Source: an uncultured bacterium (lineage in GTDB: Bacteria > Planctomycetota > UBA1135 > GCA-002686595). From it: DNA of 64,000 bases. A program made the position numbers and the translations under genes. Shown here piece by piece: positions 27,046-36,843 of this stretch. The notes beneath the pieces were generated by a model that did no database searches, had not been told where the DNA came from, and saw only the letters and a list, made by a program, of their open reading frames with translations. Numbering within the stretch: position 1 is the stretch's first letter; every line of letters starts with the position of its first letter. The stretch covers positions 576,001 to 640,000 of the forward strand of contig CALSNU010000001.1 in assembly GCA_943787795.1 (NCBI GenBank), given 5' to 3'.

Positions 27046-28944
27046 TCAGAGACCCGAGTGGTTGATCGCCTCGACGGCGCTTCGAAGTCCGCTCAGTTCG
27101 AACGAAGTCCCGAGCACCATGTCGGCTCCGTCGGCGGCGCTCCAGATCGTGATCTGGGCAGGCTCGTCCTCCGCTCGGCGCCGCATCTCACGGATGGAGA
27201 CTGGCGGCGCCTCCCCCGCGTGGAGGGATCGGAGGTTCGCGATGTCTGCGATGAGTTGGATGACATCCGAGTGGTGAACCTGAACGTCCTCGTAGTCCTC
27301 CACGATCTCGGCAGCCTCCGCGATCCGCCGGTCGACGGGAGCTTCGCTGCTGAACTCTCGGATCCGTTGGACGGTGGCCGGGGTGTCCCCACCAAGGAGG
27401 AGGAGCACGTGGTCACCGGACGTGGCCACTTTCAGGTGGAGCTTCGAGTCGCCGAGGTAGGTCTTGAAGGCCTCTCGCATGGCGGCCCGTCCATCGAAGT
27501 CGATTCGGCGGGTATCGAAGCGGACGGCGTAGTCCTCCACGAGGGTCTCGTCGATGATGCTGCGAACGGGGAGCGCCATCTCGAAGCCCCAGGAGTCCAG
27601 GTCGCACTTTGCGAGCATCAGCGAGATGGCCTCGCGGGTGCGCGCGGGGTCGGAGGAGATGAGATAGACCGCGGCGAAGGCGCGGCTCGGCCCCATCTCG
27701 AAGGAGACCGCGGCGGCGCCCTCGAAGCTCCGCAGCATCTTGAGCAGCGCGGCCTGGATCGCATCCTGGGCGGCGGACCCCATCTCCAGGGTGGGGTGAG
27801 CGAGGTTCCGGGCGTCCGTACCGTGGATCAGCTCGGACTGGCAGATCACGCTCCAGGTGGACTTGAGCTTGGCGAGCACGTCCTCTGGTTCGAACGAGAC
27901 GATCCGGGCGAAGGGGTCCGATCCGTAGACATGCCGGCTGAGACCCTCGAGGACCCGGGACTCGATGTTCGGTCCGGGGTACTGGGCATCGAAGACGTCA
28001 CCACACTCCACGAGGCGAACGTGGGCGGTGACCCGATCGGCCTCCAGCTCCAGGCCGAACGTGACCTCGGCGGAGCCGAGCAGGGTCTCGAAGAGCACCT
28101 CGGGATCGAGCTGCGTGAGCTCGTTGCTCGCCATGTAGGGTCGGGCGATCCGGTACTGTTCGTTGATCTCATCGGTCGCCGACGAGAGGTACGGACCGAG
28201 GATCTCGATCGCGGCCTCGGTGCCCATGCGGCCGCGCATGAAGCCTTGGGGGAGCTTCTTGGTGACCTCGGCTGACCCGCGCGCCTCGGGGGTGGCGGCC
28301 AGGTCCTCGTGCTGGATGAGGAGGTAGTCCCCCGGGCAGCGAGTCGCGGTGAACTGCTCGGCGGCCATGGCCGCGATCGAGCGCACGAGGGGGGCCTCGT
28401 CGGCGGCGGGCAGGATGAGGACGGTGGACAGTTGATCTGTTCCAGGGATCGGGGCGAGGGCCAGCGCGAACGGGTGTGACGCGCTCATCCTCTGCACGTC
28501 GACCCCCGCGCTCAGGAACGGCGTGAGCATGTCCCTGGGCTCCCACTCCACGAGGCCGTCCATGTCGCCCTCTGAGCGGAAGCGGAGCACGGCCTCCTCG
28601 AGAGCGTCCATCGAGGCGAACTCCACGTAGGCCGTGGCTGTGTTCGGCACGAGGTCGACCAGGTTGACCTCCTCTCGCTCGACGTCGAGCACTCCGGTCG
28701 CCTCCCCGGACCCGGTCATCGCGCCGGGGTCGGACGGGCGGGCCTCGGAGGTGATCGGCTGCACGATGGGGGCCGACGAGCTCGTCGTCTGATCGGAGCC
28801 CTCATCGGAGCCACCGCATCCACCCAGGAGCGCGAGCGAGGCGATCGCCGCGCTGAAGGTGGCGAGAGACTTGGCCGGAGGGACGCCGGTCATGTGATTG
28901 GGAGTGGGGATGGGGTTGAGCATGACGGTTTCAACATGGGTCAT
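27046..28944 (-). CDS. Hypothetical lipoprotein
   Basis: Long ORF with typical codon bias; LLGGC lipobox followed by a Ser/Gly linker; start may be a downstream ATG. Confidence 0.7.
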   Translation of the reverse strand: MTHVETVMLNPIPTPNHMTGVPPAKSLATFSAAIASLALLGGCGGSDEGSDQTTSSSAPIVQPITSEARPSDPGAMTGSGEATGVLDVEREEVNLVDLVPNTATAYVEFASMDALEEAVLRFRSEGDMDGLVEWEPRDMLTPFLSAGVDVQRMSASHPFALALAPIPGTDQLSTVLILPAADEAPLVRSIAAMAAEQFTATRCPGDYLLIQHEDLAATPEARGSAEVTKKLPQGFMRGRMGTEAAIEILGPYLSSATDEINEQYRIARPYMASNELTQLDPEVLFETLLGSAEVTFGLELEADRVTAHVRLVECGDVFDAQYPGPNIESRVLEGLSRHVYGSDPFARIVSFEPEDVLAKLKSTWSVICQSELIHGTDARNLAHPTLEMGSAAQDAIQAALLKMLRSFEGAAAVSFEMGPSRAFAAVYLISSDPARTREAISLMLAKCDLDSWGFEMALPVRSIIDETLVEDYAVRFDTRRIDFDGRAAMREAFKTYLGDSKLHLKVATSGDHVLLLLGGDTPATVQRIREFSSEAPVDRRIAEAAEIVEDYEDVQVHHSDVIQLIADIANLRSLHAGEAPPVSIREMRRRAEDEPAQITIWSAADGADMVLGTSFELSGLRSAVEAINHSGL

Positions 28945-29212
28945 CGGGTCGCGATTCGTCGGGACTGAACGCGGACCCAGGGGCCACGCCGTGTGTCCAG
29001 CTATGGGACTCGAGGCGCCCGGGGCCGCCCGGATTCGTCGTGCTGCGGGGCCGGGCAGCCGGGGAGCGGTCTGCGGACCAGCTGGGGCTCCAGGGCCAAG
29101 TGGGGAGCACTCGTGGGGAGCACTCCTGAGGGCACTCCAGGCGCAGTCCTGGCCCTTTCACGGGTGTGGACCGGGGCGTAGGAGGGGGGCGCGGGGCTAT
29201 CGTGGGGCGGTC

Positions 29213-30784
29213 ATGGTGAAGCGCTCCCTCTTGATCCTCTCGGTGCTGATCGCTCAGCCGCCCGAACTACTCCAGGCGGCCTCCGGCTCGCCGGCTCGGC
29301 CCTCAGCTCCGCTCGAGGTGGCTCAGGACCTCGGGAAGCTCGCCGAAGGCCTCGACAGCACGAAGCCGAGGGTCCGGCACGGTGCGGTGGACGCCCTCGC
29401 GGATGTGGGGACCCCCGAGGCGTGGTCCCTGATCCTCGAGCGAGGCCTGAGCGACCCCAACTCGAGGGTCGCGGACTCGGCGCAGCTGCGGCTGGGAGCG
29501 GCGCCCGTCTCGCCTGAGCTCCTCGGCCTCCTCGAGTCGCGCAGCGGCCTCGGATCCCGGAGGGCCATGTGCCGCGTGCGGGTGGCCCAGGCCCTCGGAG
29601 GGATGCCGGGAGAGGTTCCCGCCCGGCTCCTTGAGCGCGCCCTCAAGGATAAGGAGCCGGAGGTGAGATGCGCCCTCGCAGCCGCCGTGGAGCAGCGCTC
29701 GGACTCCGGAGCGGATTCGATCTCCGGCGGAGCCGCGGACATGAAGCGGCTCCTCAAGGCGCTCGACCGGGTAGCGACCCGCGACCGCGACCCGCGGACC
29801 CGATCGGCCGGGTTGCTGGCGCTCGTGGCGTTCTCGGAGGCCCAGGGGATCGGGGAGGAGGAGGCGCAGGGCGCGACCACCGATGCGCTGGCGAGTGACG
29901 ATCCGCTGCTGGTCTCCGCGGCGGTGCATACGGCGGCGGAGCGGCTGAGCGCCGCCGACCTGGAGGGCATCCTCTGGGCGAAGCGGGGCGGGCACGCTTC
30001 GTTCATGGCTGCGGTCACCGCGCTCGAGGGGAGGGCGGATCGCGAGAGCGCGCAGCTCCTCATCCGGCGGCTCGGGGACGAGCAGGCGCCCCTTCGACCC
30101 GCGGCCGCATGGGGCATCGTGCGTGCCCTGCGCGAGATCTCCGGGCTCTCGATCGCAGGCTCTGCGAAGCGCTGGCAGCAGTGGGCCGACGGGCTGGCAG
30201 CGGGCAAGGTCACCCCCGTGGAGCGACGACCGACGACGGATGACGGGCCCACGACCACGGCGCTGTACGGCCTCAAGATCCGCGGCGACCGGGTGGCGTT
30301 CCTGGTCGACATGTCAGGCTCCATGTGGGTGGACCACCAGGGAGCCCCTCGAAAAGAGGCGGTCGACGCCGAGCTCGCCAGGGCCCTGCGAGCGCTGCCG
30401 CCCACCGCCCGCTTTGACCTGGTGCCATACTCGAAGCAACCCGCGCCCTGGCGGGGGGAGCTCGTCGACGCGACGCCCAAGAACGTGGAGCGAGCCGTCA
30501 AGGCCTTCCGCGGTTGCGGGTTGAAGGGGGTCGGGGATCTCTGGGGAGCCCTCGAGTCGGTCCTGGTGGACCCCGAGGTCGACACCGTGGTGATCCTGAC
30601 GGACGGCGCGCCGTCCGGCGGAGACCGATGGAACATCGAGCTGATGGGGCGCCTCCTGGGGGACGAGAAGCGCCTCCGGCACGTGGATCTTCAGATGGTG
30701 CTGTTCGGGTCCAGCAAGGGGCTGAAGCGGCGCTGGATTGAGGTGCTGGACGGCCTGGGCGGTTCGGTCCTGAGCATCGATTGA
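29213..30784 (+). CDS. HEAT-repeat plus VWA domain protein, probably exported
   Basis: Repeated VR..A..AL helices; FLVDMSGSM MIDAS motif and ILTDGAPSGG. Confidence 0.82.
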   Translation: MVKRSLLILSVLIAQPPELLQAASGSPARPSAPLEVAQDLGKLAEGLDSTKPRVRHGAVDALADVGTPEAWSLILERGLSDPNSRVADSAQLRLGAAPVSPELLGLLESRSGLGSRRAMCRVRVAQALGGMPGEVPARLLERALKDKEPEVRCALAAAVEQRSDSGADSISGGAADMKRLLKALDRVATRDRDPRTRSAGLLALVAFSEAQGIGEEEAQGATTDALASDDPLLVSAAVHTAAERLSAADLEGILWAKRGGHASFMAAVTALEGRADRESAQLLIRRLGDEQAPLRPAAAWGIVRALREISGLSIAGSAKRWQQWADGLAAGKVTPVERRPTTDDGPTTTALYGLKIRGDRVAFLVDMSGSMWVDHQGAPRKEAVDAELARALRALPPTARFDLVPYSKQPAPWRGELVDATPKNVERAVKAFRGCGLKGVGDLWGALESVLVDPEVDTVVILTDGAPSGGDRWNIELMGRLLGDEKRLRHVDLQMVLFGSSKGLKRRWIEVLDGLGGSVLSID

Positions 30785-30929
30785 TCGGGCGGGGACGGAG
30801 CCCGAAAGGGGAGCCCTAGAGAAGAGCTCGTTGGGGCCGAGGTGCGGGTCGAGAGGGGGCTTGATTGGGTCGGTCGCGGGTCCACCGGGGAGCCGCTTCT
30901 GGCAGACTGTTCGCCAACTCCGAACCGTC

Positions 30930-31766
30930 ATGAGCCTCCGAGAAGATCTACAAGCGTCCGCCGAGGACATGCCCCACGGCAAGGTCCGCTACGCCGCCTG
31001 CGAGGGCGTCGCCCTTCTGACCCTCACCAATCCGCCCGCCAACGGCTACTCCTTCGAGATGATGAAGGACCTGGACGAGGCGATCTTGCGGGCCCGCTTT
31101 GACGGGGACGTCCACGCGATCGTTCTCGCCGGTGAAGGCGAGAAGTTCTTCTGCGCGGGTGCCGACATCTCGATGCTCGAGTCGGTGACGCCGACCTTCA
31201 AGTACGCCTTCTGCCTGCACGCCAACGAGACGATGTTGCGGCTTGAGCACACGCCCAAGATCGTCATCGCCGCGCTCGGCGGCCACTGCGTCGGCGGCGG
31301 CCTTGAGATCGCGATGAGCGCGGACCTGCGCTACGCGAGGCGGGGATCCGGCAAGTGTGGCCTGCCGGAGGTCGCGCTCGGTGTGCTCCCCGGCACAGGC
31401 GGGACCCAACGCATGGCCCGGGCGGTGGGGGCCTCCAAGGCCATCGAGCTCATGGCTGCCGGAGCGACTTTCGACTACGACGAGGCCGAGCGCCTCGGCC
31501 TCATCAACGGTCAGCTCGACGCAGCGGATGACGCAGCGTTCCTCGACGACGTCCTGGAGCGAGCTACGGGCTATTGCCCTCCGCACCGAGCACCTATGGC
31601 GGTGGGCCTGATCAAGCGCGCCGTCCAGAGCGGCGTGGACCTGCCCTTGGAGTCCGGGCTCGCCCTCGAGCGCGAGCTCCAGCAGCGGCTCTTCACGTCC
31701 GAGGACGCCAAGGAGGGCATCTCCGCCTTCGTCGAGAAGCGCGGGGCCCAGTTCAAGGGCTCGTGA
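30930..31766 (+). CDS. Enoyl-CoA hydratase/isomerase
   Basis: FFCAGADI, GGGLEIA, GLPEVALGVLPGTGGTQR and EDAKEGISAFVEKR motifs. Confidence 0.93.
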   Translation: MSLREDLQASAEDMPHGKVRYAACEGVALLTLTNPPANGYSFEMMKDLDEAILRARFDGDVHAIVLAGEGEKFFCAGADISMLESVTPTFKYAFCLHANETMLRLEHTPKIVIAALGGHCVGGGLEIAMSADLRYARRGSGKCGLPEVALGVLPGTGGTQRMARAVGASKAIELMAAGATFDYDEAERLGLINGQLDAADDAAFLDDVLERATGYCPPHRAPMAVGLIKRAVQSGVDLPLESGLALERELQQRLFTSEDAKEGISAFVEKRGAQFKGS

Positions 31767-31768
31767 CC

Positions 31769-32794
31769 ATGCGCGCGGTCCACGTCACGCGCCACGGCGG
31801 CCCGGAGGTCCTCGAGCTTGTGGATCTGCCGGTCCCCGAGCCTGGCCCTGGCGAGGTCCGCGTCAGAGTGGCGGCGATCTCGTTGAACCACCTGGACCTG
31901 TGGGTGCGCCGTGGGATGCCCGGGGTTGAGATCCCGATGCCGCACGTGCCCGGCTGCGACGGTACAGGGACGGTGGACACGCTCGGCCCGGGCACGGAGG
32001 GGTTCGCGAAGGGGGACCACGTGCTCCTGCAGCCTGGGTTCACCCATGAAGAGGGCGCCGAGACGCTCGCTGGCCTCGACCACCTCGCGCCGGACTATGG
32101 CATCCGTGGAGAACACGCGCCGGGCTTCGCGGCCGAGTTTGTCTGCCTCCCCGCGAGGTACCTGACGCCACTCCCGGCGGGGGTCGATCTCGTGGAGGCC
32201 GCGGCCCTGCCCCTCGTCTTCCTGACGGCCTGGGGGATGCTGGTGACCCGTGCTGAGGTCCGGGCGGCCGAGCAGGTGCTCGTCATCGGTGCGGCCTCTG
32301 GCGTCGGTTCAGCGGCCATCCAGCTGGCGCGGACCCTCGGCTGCCGCGTGGCGGCCACGGCCGGCTCGGAGGAGAAGCGGTCGCTCGGGTTGGCCCTGGG
32401 TGCCGAGGAGGTCTTCGACCATGGCGATCCCGAGTGGAGCCGCGCCGCCAAGGCCTTCTCGGAGGGAGGCTTCGACGTCGTCATCGAGCACGTCGGGCCT
32501 GCCACCTGGGACAGCTCCATGCGGCTCCTGGGGCGCCGCGGCCGGTTGGTGACGTGCGGCGGCACCACCGGTCCAAAGGTGAGCTTGACGCTCCCGCACC
32601 TTTTCATGAAGAACCAGTCTGTGCTGGGCTCCACCATGGGCCCAAGTTCAGCGCTCCCCGAGATCCTCTCGGGCGTCGAGCGCGGAGCGCTGCGGCCCGT
32701 CCTGGATCGCTCGCTGCCCGTGGAGTCCGTCCGCCAAGCCCACCAGCTGCTCGAGGACCGTGAGGTCGTCGGCAAGCTCGTCCTGACCTTCTGA
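31769..32794 (+). CDS. MDR family (alcohol dehydrogenase/quinone oxidoreductase-like) NAD(P)H oxidoreductase
   Basis: HGGPEVL, LNHLDLW, GAASGVGSAAIQ and GKLVL motifs. Confidence 0.9.
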   Translation: MRAVHVTRHGGPEVLELVDLPVPEPGPGEVRVRVAAISLNHLDLWVRRGMPGVEIPMPHVPGCDGTGTVDTLGPGTEGFAKGDHVLLQPGFTHEEGAETLAGLDHLAPDYGIRGEHAPGFAAEFVCLPARYLTPLPAGVDLVEAAALPLVFLTAWGMLVTRAEVRAAEQVLVIGAASGVGSAAIQLARTLGCRVAATAGSEEKRSLGLALGAEEVFDHGDPEWSRAAKAFSEGGFDVVIEHVGPATWDSSMRLLGRRGRLVTCGGTTGPKVSLTLPHLFMKNQSVLGSTMGPSSALPEILSGVERGALRPVLDRSLPVESVRQAHQLLEDREVVGKLVLTF

Positions 32795-32812
32795 TTCGTC
32801 ACATCAACCCCC

Positions 32813-33697
32813 ATGTCTGATCAAGACCTCGCCGCATCCATCCAGCGCGCTGCCGTCCTCGGCGCCGGCACGATGGGACACGGCATCGCCCAGGTGCTCG
32901 CCATGAGCGGCATCGAGACCTGCCTCTTCGACATCTCGGAGGAGGCGGTCGCCGACGGCCTTGCGAAGATCGCGGGGAACCTCGACAAGGGCGTGGCCCG
33001 CGGGAAGGTGAGCGAGGAGGACAAGGCGGGCGCGGTCGCGCGGCTCTCCGGCGCCGTCGATTTGGAGCGAGCCATCGAGGGCGTGCAGGTGGTGGTGGAA
33101 GCCGTCCCCGAGCGCATGGAACTCAAGCGTGACCTCTTCCGTCGGCTGGGCGCGGCTCTGGGGCCGGAGGTGCTGCTCGCGACGAACACCTCGTCGCTCT
33201 CCATCACCGAGATCGCCGACGCCACGGCGCATCCCGAGCGCGTCGTTGGCATGCACTTCTTCAACCCCGTACACATCATGAAGCTCGTGGAGGTGGTGCG
33301 CACCGAGCGCTCCTCTGACGAGGCGGCCGAGAAGGCGATCGCCCTCGCCCGGCGCATGGGCAAGGATCCGATTGACGTGCGTGACGCGCCGGGCTTCGCC
33401 TCGTCCCGGCTCGGGATCGCCATCGGTATGGAGGCCATCCGGATGGTGGAGGAGAACGTCGCCAGCGCCGAGGACATCGACAAGGCGATGGTGCTCGGAT
33501 ACGGCTTCCCCATGGGTCCCCTCAAGCTCACGGACCTGGTGGGCCTCGACGTGCGTCTGGCCATCGCGGAGTACCTCTCAGGAGAGCTCGGTGAGCGCTT
33601 CTCGCCGCCCGCGCTCCTGCGTGAGAAGGTGGCGAGAGGAGAGCTGGGTAAGAAGTCAGGGAAGGGCTTTTATGACTGGGAGGTGACCCGTGGTTGA
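32813..33697 (+). CDS. 3-hydroxyacyl/3-hydroxybutyryl-CoA dehydrogenase
   Basis: GAGTMGHGIA, EAVPE, TNTSSL, GMHFFNP, PMGP and GKKSGKGFY motifs. Confidence 0.95.
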   Translation: MSDQDLAASIQRAAVLGAGTMGHGIAQVLAMSGIETCLFDISEEAVADGLAKIAGNLDKGVARGKVSEEDKAGAVARLSGAVDLERAIEGVQVVVEAVPERMELKRDLFRRLGAALGPEVLLATNTSSLSITEIADATAHPERVVGMHFFNPVHIMKLVEVVRTERSSDEAAEKAIALARRMGKDPIDVRDAPGFASSRLGIAIGMEAIRMVEENVASAEDIDKAMVLGYGFPMGPLKLTDLVGLDVRLAIAEYLSGELGERFSPPALLREKVARGELGKKSGKGFYDWEVTRG

Positions 33698-34562
33698 GGG
33701 AGACATCACCGCCGGCAGCGGCCGCTCCGGCGGTCCGCCTCGCTGGATGGTCCTGACGGGCTGCGGGTGCCTGCTGCCCGGCTTCCTGCTGGTGGCGACC
33801 ATCGCGTGGTCGATGCAGCTCTTCGGCCAGCTCATCAACAAGAGCGAGGCCTGGCGGGAGCTCGCGGAGCTGATCACCTACGACGAGGTCGCCCGCGGGG
33901 TCCCCACGGGTGAGGAGGACAACCCGAACACGCCCGTGGACGAGTCCAGGGAACCCGGAAAGTACGAGCTGCTGCTCGGCGGCGACATCCCCTTCTCTGG
34001 CGGTGTCGAGGCCTACTGGTTCGGGCGTTCGGTCCCCGGCCCCGAGCAGCGAGACCGCTCGTACGGCGAGGACGCCATGAGCGTGACCTTCCTCAAGCTC
34101 CCTTCGGATCAGTCCGATGCCGCGACCTCTGCGGCGCCGGGGACGCCGTCCCACGAGGACATGACGGTGGCGGTCCAGGGCGTCGTCCTCCGCGGCCGCC
34201 GGCTGCCGGAGATGATCAGCGATGAGATCTACTTCAAGATCTCGGGTCTCGAGGAGGTCCGCGGCGCGGGCGCTGCCGTCTGGCTCCGCGAGGACTTCAT
34301 CGTCCCCGAGGAGGACGGCGAGGAGTTCGATCTCATGCTCTTCTTCCAGCGACCTGGGTCAAGCCAGCCCATCACGGATGCGGACATCGTCGAGTTCCTG
34401 GAGCCCTTCCACGTGGCCGAACTTGTCGCGGAGGCCGAAGCCGAAAAGGCTGCTGCAGAAGAGGCCGCTGCAGGGAATGCCGCCGCAGAGAACGCCGCCG
34501 GCGCAATGGAGCCCGGCGAAGGTGATGCGCCTGCCGAGGGTGGGGACGGCGAGGACCGGTGA
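33690..34562 (+). CDS. Hypothetical membrane-anchored acidic protein
   Basis: GCGC followed by one N-terminal TM helix; overlaps both neighbours in the operon. Confidence 0.7.
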   Translation: MVEGDITAGSGRSGGPPRWMVLTGCGCLLPGFLLVATIAWSMQLFGQLINKSEAWRELAELITYDEVARGVPTGEEDNPNTPVDESREPGKYELLLGGDIPFSGGVEAYWFGRSVPGPEQRDRSYGEDAMSVTFLKLPSDQSDAATSAAPGTPSHEDMTVAVQGVVLRGRRLPEMISDEIYFKISGLEEVRGAGAAVWLREDFIVPEEDGEEFDLMLFFQRPGSSQPITDADIVEFLEPFHVAELVAEAEAEKAAAEEAAAGNAAAENAAGAMEPGEGDAPAEGGDGEDR

Positions 34563-35332
34563 CCGTCCTGGAGGAAGGTGGCGGGGAGCGCGCTCAGCTT
34601 CCGCAAGGCCAGGGCCCTGCGGAGGATCGCGCTTCAGCTCTGAGGGTGATCACGGTCGCCGGGCTCCTCCTGCTCCTTGCCGCGGCGGGCTCGCTCCTGC
34701 TCAGCTCCGGGGACGGGACGCTCGAGCCGGATGACTTCCTCGCCGAGGTCTTCGCGGGTGTGAGCCTGCCCCTCGAAGGGGGCCTCGAAGTGGACGAGGG
34801 CCGCCGGCTCCCGACGGGTGAGAGGTTCGTCCGCTTCGCAGCGTCGACGCCCGCCCCCGACGGGCCGGTGGAGCTCACGATCGTCGAGTTCCCCCGCGCC
34901 CGCGGCGAGGCGGTGCTCAAGGACCAGCTCACCGGCCTGAGCTTCGAGTCCAGCGGGATGAGATCGGGGGGGATGGGGTCCAGCGGTGGCCGCGGGGGTC
35001 AGGGGCGGCCTGGCGCCGGGGGGAGCCCCTGGGGAAAGAAGGAGCCCACCTACAAGCTGCGCGAGAAGGGGACGCTCCGCTGGCACGGGTTCGACGCGGA
35101 CTTCGCGCGGCTCTGGCACCCGGACAAGGCACCTGCTCGGGGCGGCGCCGACACGGAGCCTGGAGCAGGGTTCGGCGGGGGAGAGACGAGTGGCGGCTAC
35201 GAGACCATTCGGGTCAACCTCTCCACGGGTGGGCGCTGCCTGCTTGGCTATCTGCGCTTCCAGGAAGGCCACGCGCCGACTGGCGAACAGGCGGCTGCGA
35301 TCCTCGCGGGCCTCCGCCCCGTCGATCAGTAG
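34559..35332 (+). CDS. Hypothetical membrane-anchored protein
   Basis: Single TM helix, Gly-rich inserts, GTGA overlap with the upstream gene. Confidence 0.62.
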   Translation: MTVLEEGGGERAQLPQGQGPAEDRASALRVITVAGLLLLLAAAGSLLLSSGDGTLEPDDFLAEVFAGVSLPLEGGLEVDEGRRLPTGERFVRFAASTPAPDGPVELTIVEFPRARGEAVLKDQLTGLSFESSGMRSGGMGSSGGRGGQGRPGAGGSPWGKKEPTYKLREKGTLRWHGFDADFARLWHPDKAPARGGADTEPGAGFGGGETSGGYETIRVNLSTGGRCLLGYLRFQEGHAPTGEQAAAILAGLRPVDQ

Positions 35333-35356
35333 CCCGCGCGGCCGGACCGTCAGTGG

Positions 35357-35392
35357 CCGTCCACGGGGCCCTCCACGGGGCTGTCCACGGGG
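35357..35392. repeat. Intergenic 12-bp tandem repeat x3
   Basis: CCGTCCACGGGG CCCTCCACGGGG CTGTCCACGGGG. Confidence 0.8.
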
Positions 35393-35490
35393 TTGCTCCC
35401 GGCGCGATCCCTCGAGCCTCCTCCCGATTCCGTGCCGCGAGGGGGCGCGACAGATGACGGGTGACAGGTGACCCTCGGCGGGCTGCAGGC

Positions 35491-36828
35491 TCAGCGCGGC
35501 CGGAGCGCCCGTTCGAGGACCTCGGCCAGGTGGAGGATCTCGACGCCCTTGCCGGACTTCCCGACGCCGATCTCCCACTGCTGATGGCATCCGGGGTTGG
35601 CGGTGACCAGGGTCTTCGCGCCGGTCTGTTCCAGGCTCTCCAGCTTGGGGTCGAGCACGTCGAGGGAGTCCTCGGGGCGAAGGACCGTGTAGATCCCGGC
35701 TGAGCCGCAGCAGGAGTCCGCGCCGGACATCTCCACGCGCTCGAGGCCAGGGACCAGGTCGAGGAGCTGGCGCGGCTGCTCGCGCACTCCCTGTCCGTGG
35801 CAGAGGTGGCAGGGATCGTCCCAGGTCACGGGTCCTTGGATTCCGTGACCGTCTGCGAGCCGCTCGCGGAGGCGGGGGATGGCCTCGGGCGAGGCGAGCT
35901 CCTCGGTCAGGTCCACGACGCGCGCCGCGAAGGAGGAGGCGCGCTCCCTCCACTCGGGGTCATTGGCGAGCAGGCGCCCGTACTCCTTCATGTGGGCCCC
36001 GCAGCCGGCGCTGTCGATGACCACGGGGGCAGAGCCGTCGACCTCGTTGAACTGGGAGATGGTCTTGCGGGCGAGCTCCTCGGCCTGGTCGAGCTCACCG
36101 TTGTGGGCGTGCAGCGCGCCGCAGCAGACGTGTTTGGGGACGGACCGGACCTCGCGTCCAGTGGCCGCGAGGACGTCGGTCATGGCACGATTCACCCGAC
36201 CGAAGAGCTCGGGCATGACGCAGCCATCCAGGACGAGCACGGTCCCGCGCGGCGGGCCCTCGGCAGGGGTCACCGGGGGCAGCGGGCGGCGCTCGCGGGC
36301 GCTCGGGACCCGCGGCATATGGCGGATGATCTGGCCTCGCAGCCCGAGGAGGGGGCTGACCAGGGCGTCGAGGCGCAGGAGTTGGACGGCGCGCAATCCC
36401 GCGGCAGCGAGCCGCAGGCCGGCGCGGCGCACTAGGATACCTCGGAAGCCAACCCAGCGCGCGAGGCGGGCAAGCAGGCCAGGGGGCCGGCGCTCCAGGA
36501 GCGCGCCGCGGCTGAACTCCATCATGGCGCCGAACTCGACGCCCGCCGGACAGACGCTCTCGCAGTGGCGGCAGACGAGGCAGAAATTCATCTCGTCCTC
36601 GAAGGTCGCGTCAGGCTCCGCGCGTCCTTCGGCCACGGCGCGCATCAGGTGGATGCGCCCGCGCGGGCTCGACGTCTCCAGGCCCGTGAGCTGATAGGTG
36701 GGGCAGGTGGTGAGACACAGGCCGCAGTGAATGCAGTCCAGCGCCCGCGCGTGGTCCACGAGCGTCTCGCGGCTCATGGGGTGGGGGCGTTCGTGGCCTG
36801 CGTCGGGGCTCGTGCTGGTGCTGGACAT
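35491..36828 (-). CDS. glcF: Glycolate oxidase Fe-S subunit
   Basis: CIHCGLCLTTCP, SPRGRI, CLVCRHCESVCP, two CCG motifs and ANPGC. Confidence 0.9.
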   Translation of the reverse strand: MSSTSTSPDAGHERPHPMSRETLVDHARALDCIHCGLCLTTCPTYQLTGLETSSPRGRIHLMRAVAEGRAEPDATFEDEMNFCLVCRHCESVCPAGVEFGAMMEFSRGALLERRPPGLLARLARWVGFRGILVRRAGLRLAAAGLRAVQLLRLDALVSPLLGLRGQIIRHMPRVPSARERRPLPPVTPAEGPPRGTVLVLDGCVMPELFGRVNRAMTDVLAATGREVRSVPKHVCCGALHAHNGELDQAEELARKTISQFNEVDGSAPVVIDSAGCGAHMKEYGRLLANDPEWRERASSFAARVVDLTEELASPEAIPRLRERLADGHGIQGPVTWDDPCHLCHGQGVREQPRQLLDLVPGLERVEMSGADSCCGSAGIYTVLRPEDSLDVLDPKLESLEQTGAKTLVTANPGCHQQWEIGVGKSGKGVEILHLAEVLERALRPR

Positions 36829-36843
36829 GGCGTGCGTGACCGC

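Noticed and set aside
24805..28275. 1156-aa plus-strand ORF
   Set aside because: Antisense shadow of three minus-strand genes; long stop-free shadow frames are expected at this GC content
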